From: Naegleria gruberi
Lineage: Eukaryota
NCBI GenBank assembly: GCA_000004985.1
Contig: GG738883.1
Length of the DNA stretch: 64,000 bases
Strand: one strand, 5' to 3'
Each line of letters starts with the position of its first letter. Position 1 is the first letter of the stretch. Shown piece after piece: positions 30,744 to 41,133 of this stretch. A program made the position numbers and the translations under genes. Under the pieces are notes generated by a model. That model was not told the origin of the DNA and did no database searches. It saw only the letters and a list, made by a program, of their open reading frames with translations.

Positions 30744-31541
30744 ATGGATCAACATGATAAGCTTCTCAAGGAAGCAAAGAATCTCATCCAACAAATTAAT
30801 AGACAATTGGATGATTTGGAAAATCAGTACTCAAATTCTGTTTCTCATCAAATACATAACAGTAATACACGAACATACAAGAGGAGAGTATCGAATGGTG
30901 AAAAGCTTTCCTATGAGGAGAGTTTGGAAGGAGGTTATTCATACAATTCGGACGCCTCTCGTGATCGTCACTCAATCAATCTAACAAAGGAATCTCTTTT
31001 TGAGAATGTTAAAACACTCTCCAGCTATGAAAAAACTTTAAAGAATTACTTTTCGGACATGCCAAGAGGAAAGCAAAAAGACAAGTGGCAAATTCAAATA
31101 ACAACACTTTCTCATGATGTACAAAATATTACAAACACAATGAACAAGCTTAATAGAAAACATACAAATTTTGAAAATGAAAGAAAACTACTTGAATTGG
31201 ATGGTGAAGATGAACGAAGATCATTCAATAATAATGATAATGAATTGGAAAGTGCTCTCACAGAATATGGAGTTCAAGGAAAATCAATGGACAATTCAAT
31301 TAGATTAATCGAGCAAATGAAACAAGTGGGAATTGACTCTTTAGGAATGTTATCGGACCAAAGGTCAACTTTGAAAATAATTCATGAAAAACTCATTGGG
31401 ATGGGATCAACATTAGGAATTTCTCAATCTACAATGAGATCTATTGAAAGAAGATATGTAAGAGACAAGTACATTATCATGGCTGGAATGATTTTTATAA
31501 CTTTACTCTTGATATTTGTCTATTACTATTTTAAAAAGTAG
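30744..31541 (+). CDS. Golgi Qb-SNARE, Gos1/GS28 (GOSR1)-like, C-terminal TM anchor
   Basis: The SNARE motif NSIRLIEQMKQVGIDSLGMLSDQRSTLKIIHEKLIGMGSTLGISQSTMRSIERR is followed by TM IIMAGMIFITLLLIFVYYYF. The N-terminus LLKEAKNLIQQINRQLDDLENQ resembles the GS28 N-terminus. Confidence 0.6.
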   Translation: MDQHDKLLKEAKNLIQQINRQLDDLENQYSNSVSHQIHNSNTRTYKRRVSNGEKLSYEESLEGGYSYNSDASRDRHSINLTKESLFENVKTLSSYEKTLKNYFSDMPRGKQKDKWQIQITTLSHDVQNITNTMNKLNRKHTNFENERKLLELDGEDERRSFNNNDNELESALTEYGVQGKSMDNSIRLIEQMKQVGIDSLGMLSDQRSTLKIIHEKLIGMGSTLGISQSTMRSIERRYVRDKYIIMAGMIFITLLLIFVYYYFKK

Positions 31542-31600
31542 TTCATTTATTTGTCGATTTTTGAGCTCCTTTTTTAAGACTTTCAATAATTTTCATGTTA

Positions 31601-34512
31601 TTAGCTGATGCATGAATTGTAAATAAAATCATGTGATGAAATATCCAGATACTTACGATTTTTGGCGAGAGATTGTATTGTTAGGGCGCATACTTTCTTT
31701 AAATTTTCATTCTTTGATATATTGATTGTGTGAAGGAGCATTTCAAGTCCTTTCATCTTTCCAACCTTGGTACTTGTATCTTCATGGGATGACATATTCT
31801 TTATGCATAACACTGCTTCCTTAACAATGTTATCATTCTTATTGGTGAGTAATTTAAGGATTATTGGAATGTACTTCTGGTCGTTTGATACAACTTTCAC
31901 GTTCATTTCTTATTTAAAATTGAATATACAATTAATTCAATATGTTGAAACTTACTTTCTGATGTATAGTTCTTAATGATTGTTAGGATATTCTCTAAAA
32001 TATATTCATTATTAGAAGTATCCAATAGGTTAAAAAGAGGCCCAAGAGCCTCAAAAATCTTATCCCTTATTTCTAAATCAACAGTTAAAAGAGATAAAGC
32101 ACCAGTTATATTCTCTAACACATTCTCAGAAGTCTCGTAAAGAAGTGACAATAATATTGGCAAGCCTCTATTGTTTCTAAATTGAGTTTTGACAGTATCC
32201 AACCTTGCACAATTCCAAATAGTGGCAGCTGCATACTCTTTTATGGTTGGTGAATTTACATTTAATAGCTCCACAAGTTTTGTAAGACAATTGGTTTCCA
32301 TCAACTCAGGAATTGTTTCAACTTGATGAAGATTAGACAATTAAAACTATCAAAACATACCAACAGTGGAAGAATTTCTTAAAATGCCCAGAATTTTTTC
32401 AACAACTGATAACGAAGAGTTCTCTAACATGCCAACTAATAATGGGAATCCATGACATTCTCTAATGAGTTTCTTGTTCATATTGTCAATGCTACAGATC
32501 CACATAGTACTTGCTAGCTTTTCAATGATTGATTGTTTAGTTTCCTTCTCCAAAATTGCAAGCATTAATTCCAGACCTCCAATTTCACCAATAGTTTGTT
32601 TGTTTTGGTCATTGATGGCACAATTTCTCAAAGCACCAATAGCATTTTCTCTAATATTTTCATTGTCAGATTGAAGACAATGCAAAAGTGGCTCAAGACC
32701 ATTTGTCTTTCTGATAATCACCTTGACCTCTGCTTGGGATGCACAATTCCAAAGAGTTCCAGTAATATTTTCAATCACTGCTTCATTTTCATATGTCAAT
32801 AGTTGTACAAGTTTTGGAATTCCTCCCTTTTCATAAATCTCCTTCTTGTTGTCGTTATCAACAGCAAGGTTCCACAAGCATCCAGTAACATTTTCAAGGA
32901 CCCCAGGATTATTTGAGGCCAACAAATCAAGCAATATTGAAATAGCTCCCAACTCACGAAGTGTCATCTTATTCTCTGTGTTCGAAGCACAATTCCAGAG
33001 AGCTCCTGCAGCCTTACTCTGCAAACCTTCATTTGGGAATTTGAGAACATCTAAAAGAAGAGAAAGACCTTGTGACTCTCGTACTGTAATTTTGTTGTCG
33101 TCATCTCTAGTAAGATAGCCTAACGCAATAGTTGTATTTTCCAAAACGCTTATATTGTTTGTTTTCAAAAGAGAACATATAGTTGGTATTCCTTGATTAT
33201 TCCTAATCAGAACCTTATTTTCATCATCAATAGATAGATGCCAAATAGCTGTGATGGCTTTATCCATTACTTCTTCATTTTGGGTTCTCCATATCAGCTC
33301 CAGTAAGTTTTGGATAACTCCTATTTGACCTAGATGTCTTCTATTCTCGGCAGTGACAGAAAATGCTGTAATTGTTGAGCATGCTGAACAAAATGTTAGA
33401 TAAGTTAACAATGAACTAAAACATACCTTCCCCGTTCACATTTTCATTAATAGATTTGAGCAGTCTGGCTACTTGATCGAATCCATTTCTTTCTTTAACA
33501 ATTTGACAATATTCTTCTTTTCTACAAAGTTCGGAAATGATTCCCAATTGCAAGAATTGAATATCTGGTCTTGACACTTTAAGAGAGTCTAGGAGAAGCT
33601 CAGTGATTGTTATCCAATATTTTTCGTAATGATAAAACTCCTCTTCAAGAGTGGAACATAATTTGTAAAATTCAGTCAAGGCTTCCTTAGCAACTGATTC
33701 GCTAGGAGCATTATTATTCTGCAGGAACCACACAAAAGTTTCCAATCTCTTCTCAAGAGGAGATACTGTGAGAGTGGCCAACTTTTGTCCAGAAACATTC
33801 TCACAAAGATAAGAGTGAGCAGCCTTTACGCATTTCGATGCAATAGAGATTGATTTCATCTGATTATGTCAATAGTAAAATCCTAACAAAATACACACCT
33901 TCTTTCTAGTTTCCTCAATTGAGTCCTCTAATTTTTGTAGTTCCATTTTCAGCATCTTTTTAGCATGTTCTTTTACCTCCACTAATGATCCAAAGTCACC
34001 CTATCCAAAATCCGATAACACTTACCTAGATCCATTGTTTGTTTTTCCTCTTGTTTTAATTTTTCCATTTGTTCCTCCAGTAACGATTTCAAATGTGTTT
34101 GATTAACTGAACATTCTCCATTCAATTTTGTAAAAATTCTATCGATAATCAATAATTCCAATCATCATCATTTCAACTTACTCTGCAGCAGGTATCATTG
34201 ATTCATCTACTCCAGATATAACATTTAAAACATTGAAAAACGAGAACACTATTGTCTTTGTTATCATCTTTTAAAAGGCTTGTTTAAAAAACATACAAGT
34301 TGTTTGTACATCATCCGGATGATCCGATGCAATACCATTCTGTTCCGTTGTTTTGGAAACAGTATTATTCTCCCTACATTACACAGTAGCAAATCATATT
34401 AAGGATGATGATTAGCTAATTGAAAGGGTGGTATTGTTTTACTTACATTTTTTTTGAATATTACTTGATTGGCCAATGGAAAAGCGTTAAAGTTCGGAAT
34501 CGCTTTTTGCAT
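31601..34512 (-). CDS. Armadillo (ARM)-repeat protein, possibly axonemal (ARMC3/ARMC4-like), about 838 aa. Nine exons on the minus strand: 34512..34447, 34369..34297, 34248..34182, 34138..34026, 33981..33899, 33859..33427, 33383..32361, 32321..31956, 31893..31601. The four 5'-most exons are the least certain.
   Basis: Four track ORFs (33416..33859, 32350..33411, 31903..32340, 31601..31906) are linked by GTATGT/GTAAGT introns of 39-62 nt with matching phases. There are 10 or more ARM repeats (e.g. VLENTTIALGYLTRDDDNKITVRESQGLSLLLDVL, NPGVLENVTGCLWNLAVDNDNKKEI). Upstream small exons were inferred from acttac/acatac donor signatures and open frames. Confidence 0.55.
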
Positions 34513-34668
34513 CGGCAAATTATTAATAATTTCATCACCTACATCAGTATGGTCGCTTAGTTCAGTCAAACAAGTCAATGAAACACCTACTCAATTTTAT
34601 TGAGACAAATTACTAAAATCACTAAGGTTTCGTTCATGCTCAAGTGACTTATTAAGGAAATAATTGAT

Positions 34669-34759
34669 GGTGAGATGGTCGAGTGGTCTAAGACGACACG
34701 TTAAGGTATGATTGATACCGTGTTCCGCAAGGGCGTGGGTTCAAATCCCACTCTCATCA
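34669..34759 (+). tRNA. tRNA-Leu (anticodon AAG), type II with long variable arm, with 11-nt intron at 34707..34717
   Basis: Acceptor GGTGAGA/TCTCATC plus discriminator A. D-arm GTC-GAGTGGTCTAA-GAC. Anticodon stem ACACG/CGTGT with loop TTAAGG[intron tatgattgata]C. Variable arm TCCGCAAGGGC. T-arm GTGGG-TTCAAAT-CCCAC. A downstream T-run gttttacattgacatttt follows. Confidence 0.8.
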
Positions 34760-34945
34760 GTTTTACATTGACATTTTAAATTCTTAGAGATTAAGCGTAA
34801 CACGACCGTTTAATTTTGATAAACCATTAAAAAATGAACGCAAACAACAGAAACGATCCACTTACTAAATTGTACGTTAGTGATAAGTGATAAGTTTTTC
34901 CTTAGTGCAATTATGAATTAATAAAACAAACTCTATAGACAAAAT

Positions 34946-36227
34946 ATGGCCAAGACTGAGAGTATCAGAAGGCTTCAATCAATAGTAAGTAAACTCGTAG
35001 AGACTATGTGATCTTCAACTTAACAGCAATTAGGAAAATCAAATTTTGAAAGTCCTTCCATGATGAGTGTCGGTTCTCCAAATAATATTCATTCGTCTCC
35101 AGTCTCTCAAGATTGTAAGTGTTTCCGAATATTAATAAGGGTTGTTGATAATTGTATTAGTTGCTATTAATCCTGCTGTTGAACAACTTACGGATTGGAA
35201 GAATCAATTCAATGACAGACTATCTCAGGTTCAAGAAGAATTGTTAATGTTCCTGACACAAAAACATGTATCACAGGAGGAATTGGCAATTTTGATCAAA
35301 AACACATTTTCGGATTTTAAAATTTCAATTTCAGAATTATTGAATACTCTCACATTGTTAATGAAAAAGTTTTTAAAGAAATCTAAAAAGCTTGTTCAAA
35401 CAGCAGATAGTCAGTGGGAAGTTATTGTATTGGATCTTAACAATCAACTCGAGCATGTTTCTAGAGCTAGAGCAGTTGAGGAAGAAAAGAGAAAGGAATT
35501 GGAAAAGGAAGTTAAAATGTTAAGACAAAAGATGAAGTCAATGAAGATTGAAATGGTAAAACCAAAAGAAGATCAATATCAACAATTGGTAAATTCAATT
35601 CAATCAAACCCTTCCTCTCCAGTAGCCAAGGCAAGAGGTGTTGCAACTCCAAAGGGCTCTCCAACAAGAACACCAAACAAGAGTCCAAGAACACCAGCAG
35701 GAGGAAAGAAACCATTAACTTCTCCAAAAACAAAGACTCCAGCTAAACCTGCCGAAGAACCAGTCGTCACAGTTGAACCAGTTCCAGTTGTGACTGAATC
35801 ACCTAAAGTTGAAGAATCTGTTCCAGAAGTTAACGAACCAGAAGTTGTTGAACCACCTAAGGAAGAACCCCCAAAAGAGGAACCACCTAAGGAAGAAACT
35901 ACTCAAGTCGAGCCAAAGAAGGATGAAGAAGAGGAAGTAGACGAAAAGGATAGTAGACGAGACAGAAGAGGAAGAAGAGGAAAGAAAGACGATGAAGAGG
36001 AAGAAGAAGAGAAACCTACATCAAGAAGAGACAGAGGAAGAGGAAGAAGAGGTAAAAAGGATGATGAAGAAGAGGAAGAAAAAGAAGAGGAAAAGGAAGA
36101 AAGAGGCCGTGGCAGACCTTCACGAAGAAACAAGAAGAAGGACGAAGATGAAGAGGAAGAAGAGGAAGAGGAGAAACCTACAAGAAGAGTACGTGACAGA
36201 GGAGACAGAAGAAAGAGAAATGAATGA
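34946..36227 (+). CDS. Hypothetical coiled-coil protein with P/E/K-rich and RG/acidic-repeat C-terminal tail; 3 exons (34946..34984, 35027..35114, 35161..36227)
   Basis: MAKTESIRRLQSI|GTAAGT...cag|QLGKSNFESPSMMSVGSPNNIHSSPVSQD-F-AINPAVEQLTDWKNQF... The tail has EEPPKEE units and three RRDRGRGRRGKKDDEEEEE-like modules. Confidence 0.45.
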
Positions 36228-36410
36228 TTCAAATGAATTTCTTCTACTTCACTTGTAATCTATGTAATAATAAAAGAGAACTAATAATTCTAATTTCTTC
36301 CGAAACTTGCACGATTCAAACATTCCAATTTCCTTTGTTAATATTTAAATCCAATAATATGTTAGAACATAATTTTTGAAATTTTATATTTTAAATTTAT
36401 TGGAGTCGAT

Positions 36411-36779
36411 TTACTTGGTTTCAGTAGCCTTATCCTTTTGAGCCTTGATCTTCTTGACTTGCTTGACGATCTTCTTTTCTTCCATCAAGAAAGCACGGAC
36501 AATTCTTTCCTTAAGGTGGTTGTGATTCAAAACACCTCCATAAGCTCTGGAGATAGTTCTGGTGGATCTGGAAGCTCTCTTATTTTCAGATGGTCTCAAT
36601 CTCTTCAAACCTCTAACAGCTTCACCGCCCAAGTACTTTGGAACAGTTGGAGCCTTGACCTTTTTCTTGGTGAATTGGACAACCAACTTGCCAGATGGAG
36701 TCTTGACGAGCTTTTGCAAGTTAGATCTAGTATTGTAGGTCTTGGTTCTTCTGATGGTAACTCTTTTATCGAGAGACAT
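36411..36779 (-). CDS. RPL34: 60S ribosomal protein eL34, 122 aa
   Basis: RVTIRRTKTYNTRSNLQKLVKTPSGKLV...TISRAYGGVLNHNHLKERIVRAFLMEEKKIVKQ matches the conserved eL34 pattern. Confidence 0.9.
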   Translation of the reverse strand: MSLDKRVTIRRTKTYNTRSNLQKLVKTPSGKLVVQFTKKKVKAPTVPKYLGGEAVRGLKRLRPSENKRASRSTRTISRAYGGVLNHNHLKERIVRAFLMEEKKIVKQVKKIKAQKDKATETK

Positions 36780-36847
36780 CTATGTAGAATAATGATGTAA
36801 AGACAAAGAAGTTGGTAAAAAATGGACTGGCAGGAACTAACACTTAC
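36780..36847 (-). other. Probable 5'-UTR intron of the eL34 gene
   Basis: Minus-strand ...gtcgtaaaac|GTAAGTgttag...ctacatAG|ATGtctctc. The plus strand has a 'cacttac' donor signature at ~36842-36847. No in-frame ATG lies upstream. Confidence 0.4.
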
Positions 36848-37162
36848 GTTTTACGACTTTTTTTTTTCAACAAATTTTTGGTTGAGAAGGTACCTATGAT
36901 TTTTACAATGGAAAATTTTTACCAAGAACATCACAAAGAAAAATAAATCATTACTTCATCACTCTCAATTTTACTGGGTCTTTTTCTTACCAACATCGCT
37001 AATCATAGAATCCATCAGATGTTTCAATATATTATATATTAATATATTTCTGGAGCTATTATTCTTGTCGTACGATCGTTCATAAAGCATAACATTGCAA
37101 ATAGTAGCAGTATTGATATAACGAGGAATACAAAGTTATCTGAAGATGAAAAGGAGATTTAT

Positions 37163-40020
37163 TTAAAGTCCAGAAATATCAGCTCTGAGTACTTTTCTCA
37201 TCATGTTTGCTCTCGATTTGATGATGTTTTCTTGTTCTTTCATCCACTCCTTGTCTCCCTTCTTGGTAATATCCTTAAGAGCCAACAAGTCATAAATAAA
37301 ACCTCTTCTAAATTCCTTCTTGACAAATTGGTAGAGGAAAAGGATGAGACTCTCTTTGAGGGAATCATGTTCCTCCACTTTGGCCAATCTAAAGAAGCAT
37401 CGAGTAATTTCCACCTCACTAAAATCTAACAATAAATTAAGGAATAACAATCTGAAAAAGACCACATCCAACTGTTGAAGACTATTAAAGTCAATAATCT
37501 TGAGCATGGAGAGTGAGAGACATCCTTTACCAATCAATTCTGAGAGAAGCTTACTGATATTGATCAGCTTTCTGACAGTATTCTTTGATAAATCATCAAA
37601 ATATTCGTAAAAAGTGAATTGGAATGCTCTGTTGGTATTTTCAATACTGCATAGCTTTTCTGCTAATTTGCTGTAGTATGGATTAAATCCCTTCTCTTGA
37701 CAACAACAGTGTAATAAAACTCTTGCAATTTCTCTATTGTTCTTTTGAATACCCAATTTGACTAATCTTTGGAATGCATCAATGAAATCGTCACTTCCCA
37801 TTAGAATACAGAAAACAGCCCTTCTCAAATCTGTTGTCATTCTCTGTTCCTTGGCAAGTTTTTCAAGTTTTCTGAGAGTCTTTGGATCCATGTCATGGAG
37901 GGCTACACTGATATTATCTCTATTCTTCATAGAAGACAATGCAGTAGCATTTGAATTATCAATTGAAGAACCAACTTGATTGCCAGTCCATGCTGAACCG
38001 ACAAGCCACCATCTACCCTTCTTTTCAGCTTCAATCAAATCAATATATGGAATTCTCAACGTGTTTTCTCCAGTCTTCTTCTCCTGTTTTTGTAAATCCT
38101 TGACGCTTTGTTTCAATTGTTTGTATTGTTCAGAAATGTCTTCTTGATATTGTCTCTTTCTATTATTTCTCAAATCATAAATCATTTCAACGAGGAATTT
38201 CATACGTTTAGCAACAGCTGAACCTTCGTCCTTCACGGTATCTTCGTATTTTTCAAAGCTTGACTTGATAACCTCGATAATGTCCTTCATGGCAGCAGGA
38301 TCGTCAATCTTGAGTTGGAAACCACAAGCTGAAATTAAATTTTAATATTGACTGATTCAAAACTGAATACACATACCTTGAAGTAATTTGAAAAGATATT
38401 CCACATTCAGTTCATTAATATTGAGGCAGAACATTCTAATAATATCATAGATGAGTCCACAATAAATTAACTATTGTAATAAAAGCTTTAAGAGAGCTAT
38501 TCAAATAAAAACTTACACCCAAATTGTAGACGTGACAAATTAATGTCAACAAGTTGGAAGCTTGATGTCTTTGATCGACAATTGAATCGAATTTTTGGAT
38601 CAATTTCTCCATAAAGTGAGCACCAATGTTGGTTCCTCCAATATTGTGCATTGCAACCATGTAGGCAGCATACACCAAAATGAAATTACTTTGAAGGTCA
38701 ACAGTGTCACAAACGCTTTCAATAATAGAATTTGAAAGAATATCATGGAAATCTTTGTATAAATAGTTAAAATCGTCATCAGACAAAAAAGAAACACTTA
38801 CCATTCTTACTACTCTTTTCATAGAGAGCTAATGATTCCTTTGTGATTGAAGAAATATTGGCAAGAGAAAGCTTGTTCAATAAATTTCTAATGCTCTTTT
38901 GAAGGGCAATATAGGATTCAGATTTTCTACCACTTTCCAAAATTTGTTGTTTTCTCATATGAGGAGGAACATATTTTCCACTTGTATTTTCTTCTGTTTC
39001 TCCTTCTGCTGGTTCTGAAGATCGCTCAGGTTTCTTTCCTTTTTGTAAAAGGGTGGCAAGGGTTGGTACTTCACTCTTTAAAAATTCAGAATAATCAACT
39101 CCTTGTTGCTCAGATTCAAGCATGGCGTCAATTTCTGCGTCAAGATTGATCATATCTTCTGGGTCAATATCACCAAACATTCCTTCATAATCTTCTGCAA
39201 ATTCTCCAAGATCTTCTTCATCAATTTTTGGTTCTATGTATCCAGGAACGATATCCTCTCCATCACTTTCTTCCTGCTCTTCTACAACCTTTTGTTTTTT
39301 CTTTTCTTGCTTTTTCAACCTCTTTTCCTTTACAAAGTTTTCCAAATTAGAGGAGCCAGGGTCTGTATCCAATTCGTCAATTGCCTTATTCTTTTTAATT
39401 TTCAATTTCTTTTCGAGATAGGCAATAACCTTATCATCTAGATCTTCATCACCCTTTGACATACCTTCTAACATGTCCTTTGTAATAAATATAGCTGTAG
39501 AGTCCTTATTATTTTTCAATTCTTCTTCATCCAAGTCGTCGATAATTTCCGATTCATCAGAATTGTAATCATTTCTAGAACTACCTCCATATCCATCATC
39601 AGAAAAATCATCATCTTCATCTTCAGCCATTAAATCATCCTCAAACAATAAATCCTCACTTTCTTCTTGCTTTCGTTTCTTGGCTTTCACTTCGGCTTTT
39701 TGAGATTCTTGCTTTCTCTTATTTGCTTGTTGTGGATTAGATTCTGTCTTCTTTGTTGGTTGAACTTTTTGGCTTCCCTTCTTATTAATCTCTTTTGGTT
39801 GTTTATCATGGTTTTTAGCTTTACTCAATTGTTTTTGCTTCTTTTTCTGTTTATTCTTTTTCTTTGATTTTGCCAACATGAAGCTCATTTGTTCAATATG
39901 TCCATCACCAAATTGTTTTGATCCGCCACCAATAGCAGCAGCATTTGTTTCCGCAAGATCATCATCTTCACCACCTCCTCTTCCTCTCTTTTTCCTAAAC
40001 GATTTTCCTCTGTTCATCAT
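37163..40020 (-). CDS. NOM1: Nucleolar MIF4G/MA3-domain protein NOM1/Sgd1 homolog, about 904 aa; 4 exons (40020..38802, 38752..~38517, 38470..38377, 38328..37163)
   Basis: Basic/acidic N-terminal region, a MIF4G segment (...LVYAAYMVAMHNIGGTNIGAHFMEKL...LICHVYNLG|LIYCGLIYDIIRMFCLNINELNVEYLFKLLQ-A-CGFQLKIDDP) and an MA3 segment (LRRAVFCILMGSDDFIDAFQRLVKLGIQ...). Three introns of about 46-49 nt link the track ORFs 38779..40020, 38445..38822 and 37163..38290. Confidence 0.7.
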
Positions 40021-40188
40021 ATTTTTTTAATTCAATTTTTTTGTCTATTAATAATTTCACAACAACTAAAATTTTCAAATATTTAATTGAATTCTATTTC
40101 AAAATTTAGTTGTATAATTTAATAATATTATTGCATTAATTCAATTATTCATCTAATAACAACTAATATTGTCCAACAGATTGATTAC

Positions 40189-40923
40189 ATGGCTGTTAAC
40201 AATAATTTCAAAATTAAAAAAATGAGTGATAACAACACTAGTGGAAACAATACATCATCAACCAATCAAAATCACTCACAAGCAAAGGAGGCACTATTGC
40301 AATCCCATAAAAATTGTATTTCATTTGTGAAGAAACAATTATCGGATCCTGTCATTACATTTGTTTTGCGAGAAATAGAGAACATGGGATGTCCTTTGCC
40401 AAATCCATTTTTTCGATGTGAAAGATGTTTGCACAGCTCGTTGGATAAACCAAAATTCAGTGCTGCTTATGTTTTGGGTTCTTTTGATAAATTTGATAAA
40501 GATGAACAAGAGACTGATAGTGACACTATTGATACAGATAATTTCTTTGGTAAACCTGGAGTATTATTATGTGAGGATGTTATGGAAAGGTATTCCAAAT
40601 CAGATGACAAGACTGTCATTTTACACGAACTTATTCATGCCTATGATGACTGTAGAGCAATGATTAACTGGAAGAGTTGTGAACAATTAGCTTGTGCTGA
40701 AATTAGAGCTTCCTCACTGAGTGGAGAATGTGATTTTTTGCATGAAACTAGGAGAGGAAAATTGTCAGGTCTTAGAGGACAATTCATGAATTGTGTCAAG
40801 AGAAGAGCAACTTTGTCACTCAATTCCAGTGCTATTTGTGGAGGTCAAGATAATGCTAAGCATGTAGAAGATGTTTTCAAGACTTGTTTCAATGATACAG
40901 AACCATTCATCAAGAGAATTTAA
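40189..40923 (+). CDS. ATP23: Mitochondrial inner-membrane metalloprotease ATP23 (peptidase M76) homolog
   Basis: HEXXH motif in VILHELIHAYDDCRAMINW, plus conserved cysteines (CERCLHSS...CEQLACAEIRASSLSGEC). An alternative start lies at 40222 (aaaaaaATGagt). Confidence 0.75.
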   Translation: MAVNNNFKIKKMSDNNTSGNNTSSTNQNHSQAKEALLQSHKNCISFVKKQLSDPVITFVLREIENMGCPLPNPFFRCERCLHSSLDKPKFSAAYVLGSFDKFDKDEQETDSDTIDTDNFFGKPGVLLCEDVMERYSKSDDKTVILHELIHAYDDCRAMINWKSCEQLACAEIRASSLSGECDFLHETRRGKLSGLRGQFMNCVKRRATLSLNSSAICGGQDNAKHVEDVFKTCFNDTEPFIKRI

Positions 40924-41133
40924 ATCCATACATAGTATACTACAATGTTGGTTGTGGGTAAAATAGAATTCCTGATTTCTGTTGTCATTGAATATTATAT
41001 GGAGGAGGAATTTAAAGTTTTCATCATGGAATATGGATAACCAAAATAATGGCCAAAGATGAAGTTGTAATTTTGTTTGGCGCCAAAAATTATAAAGCCT
41101 ACTGAAATGTTGGCGCCCAATCTACAATAAAAA

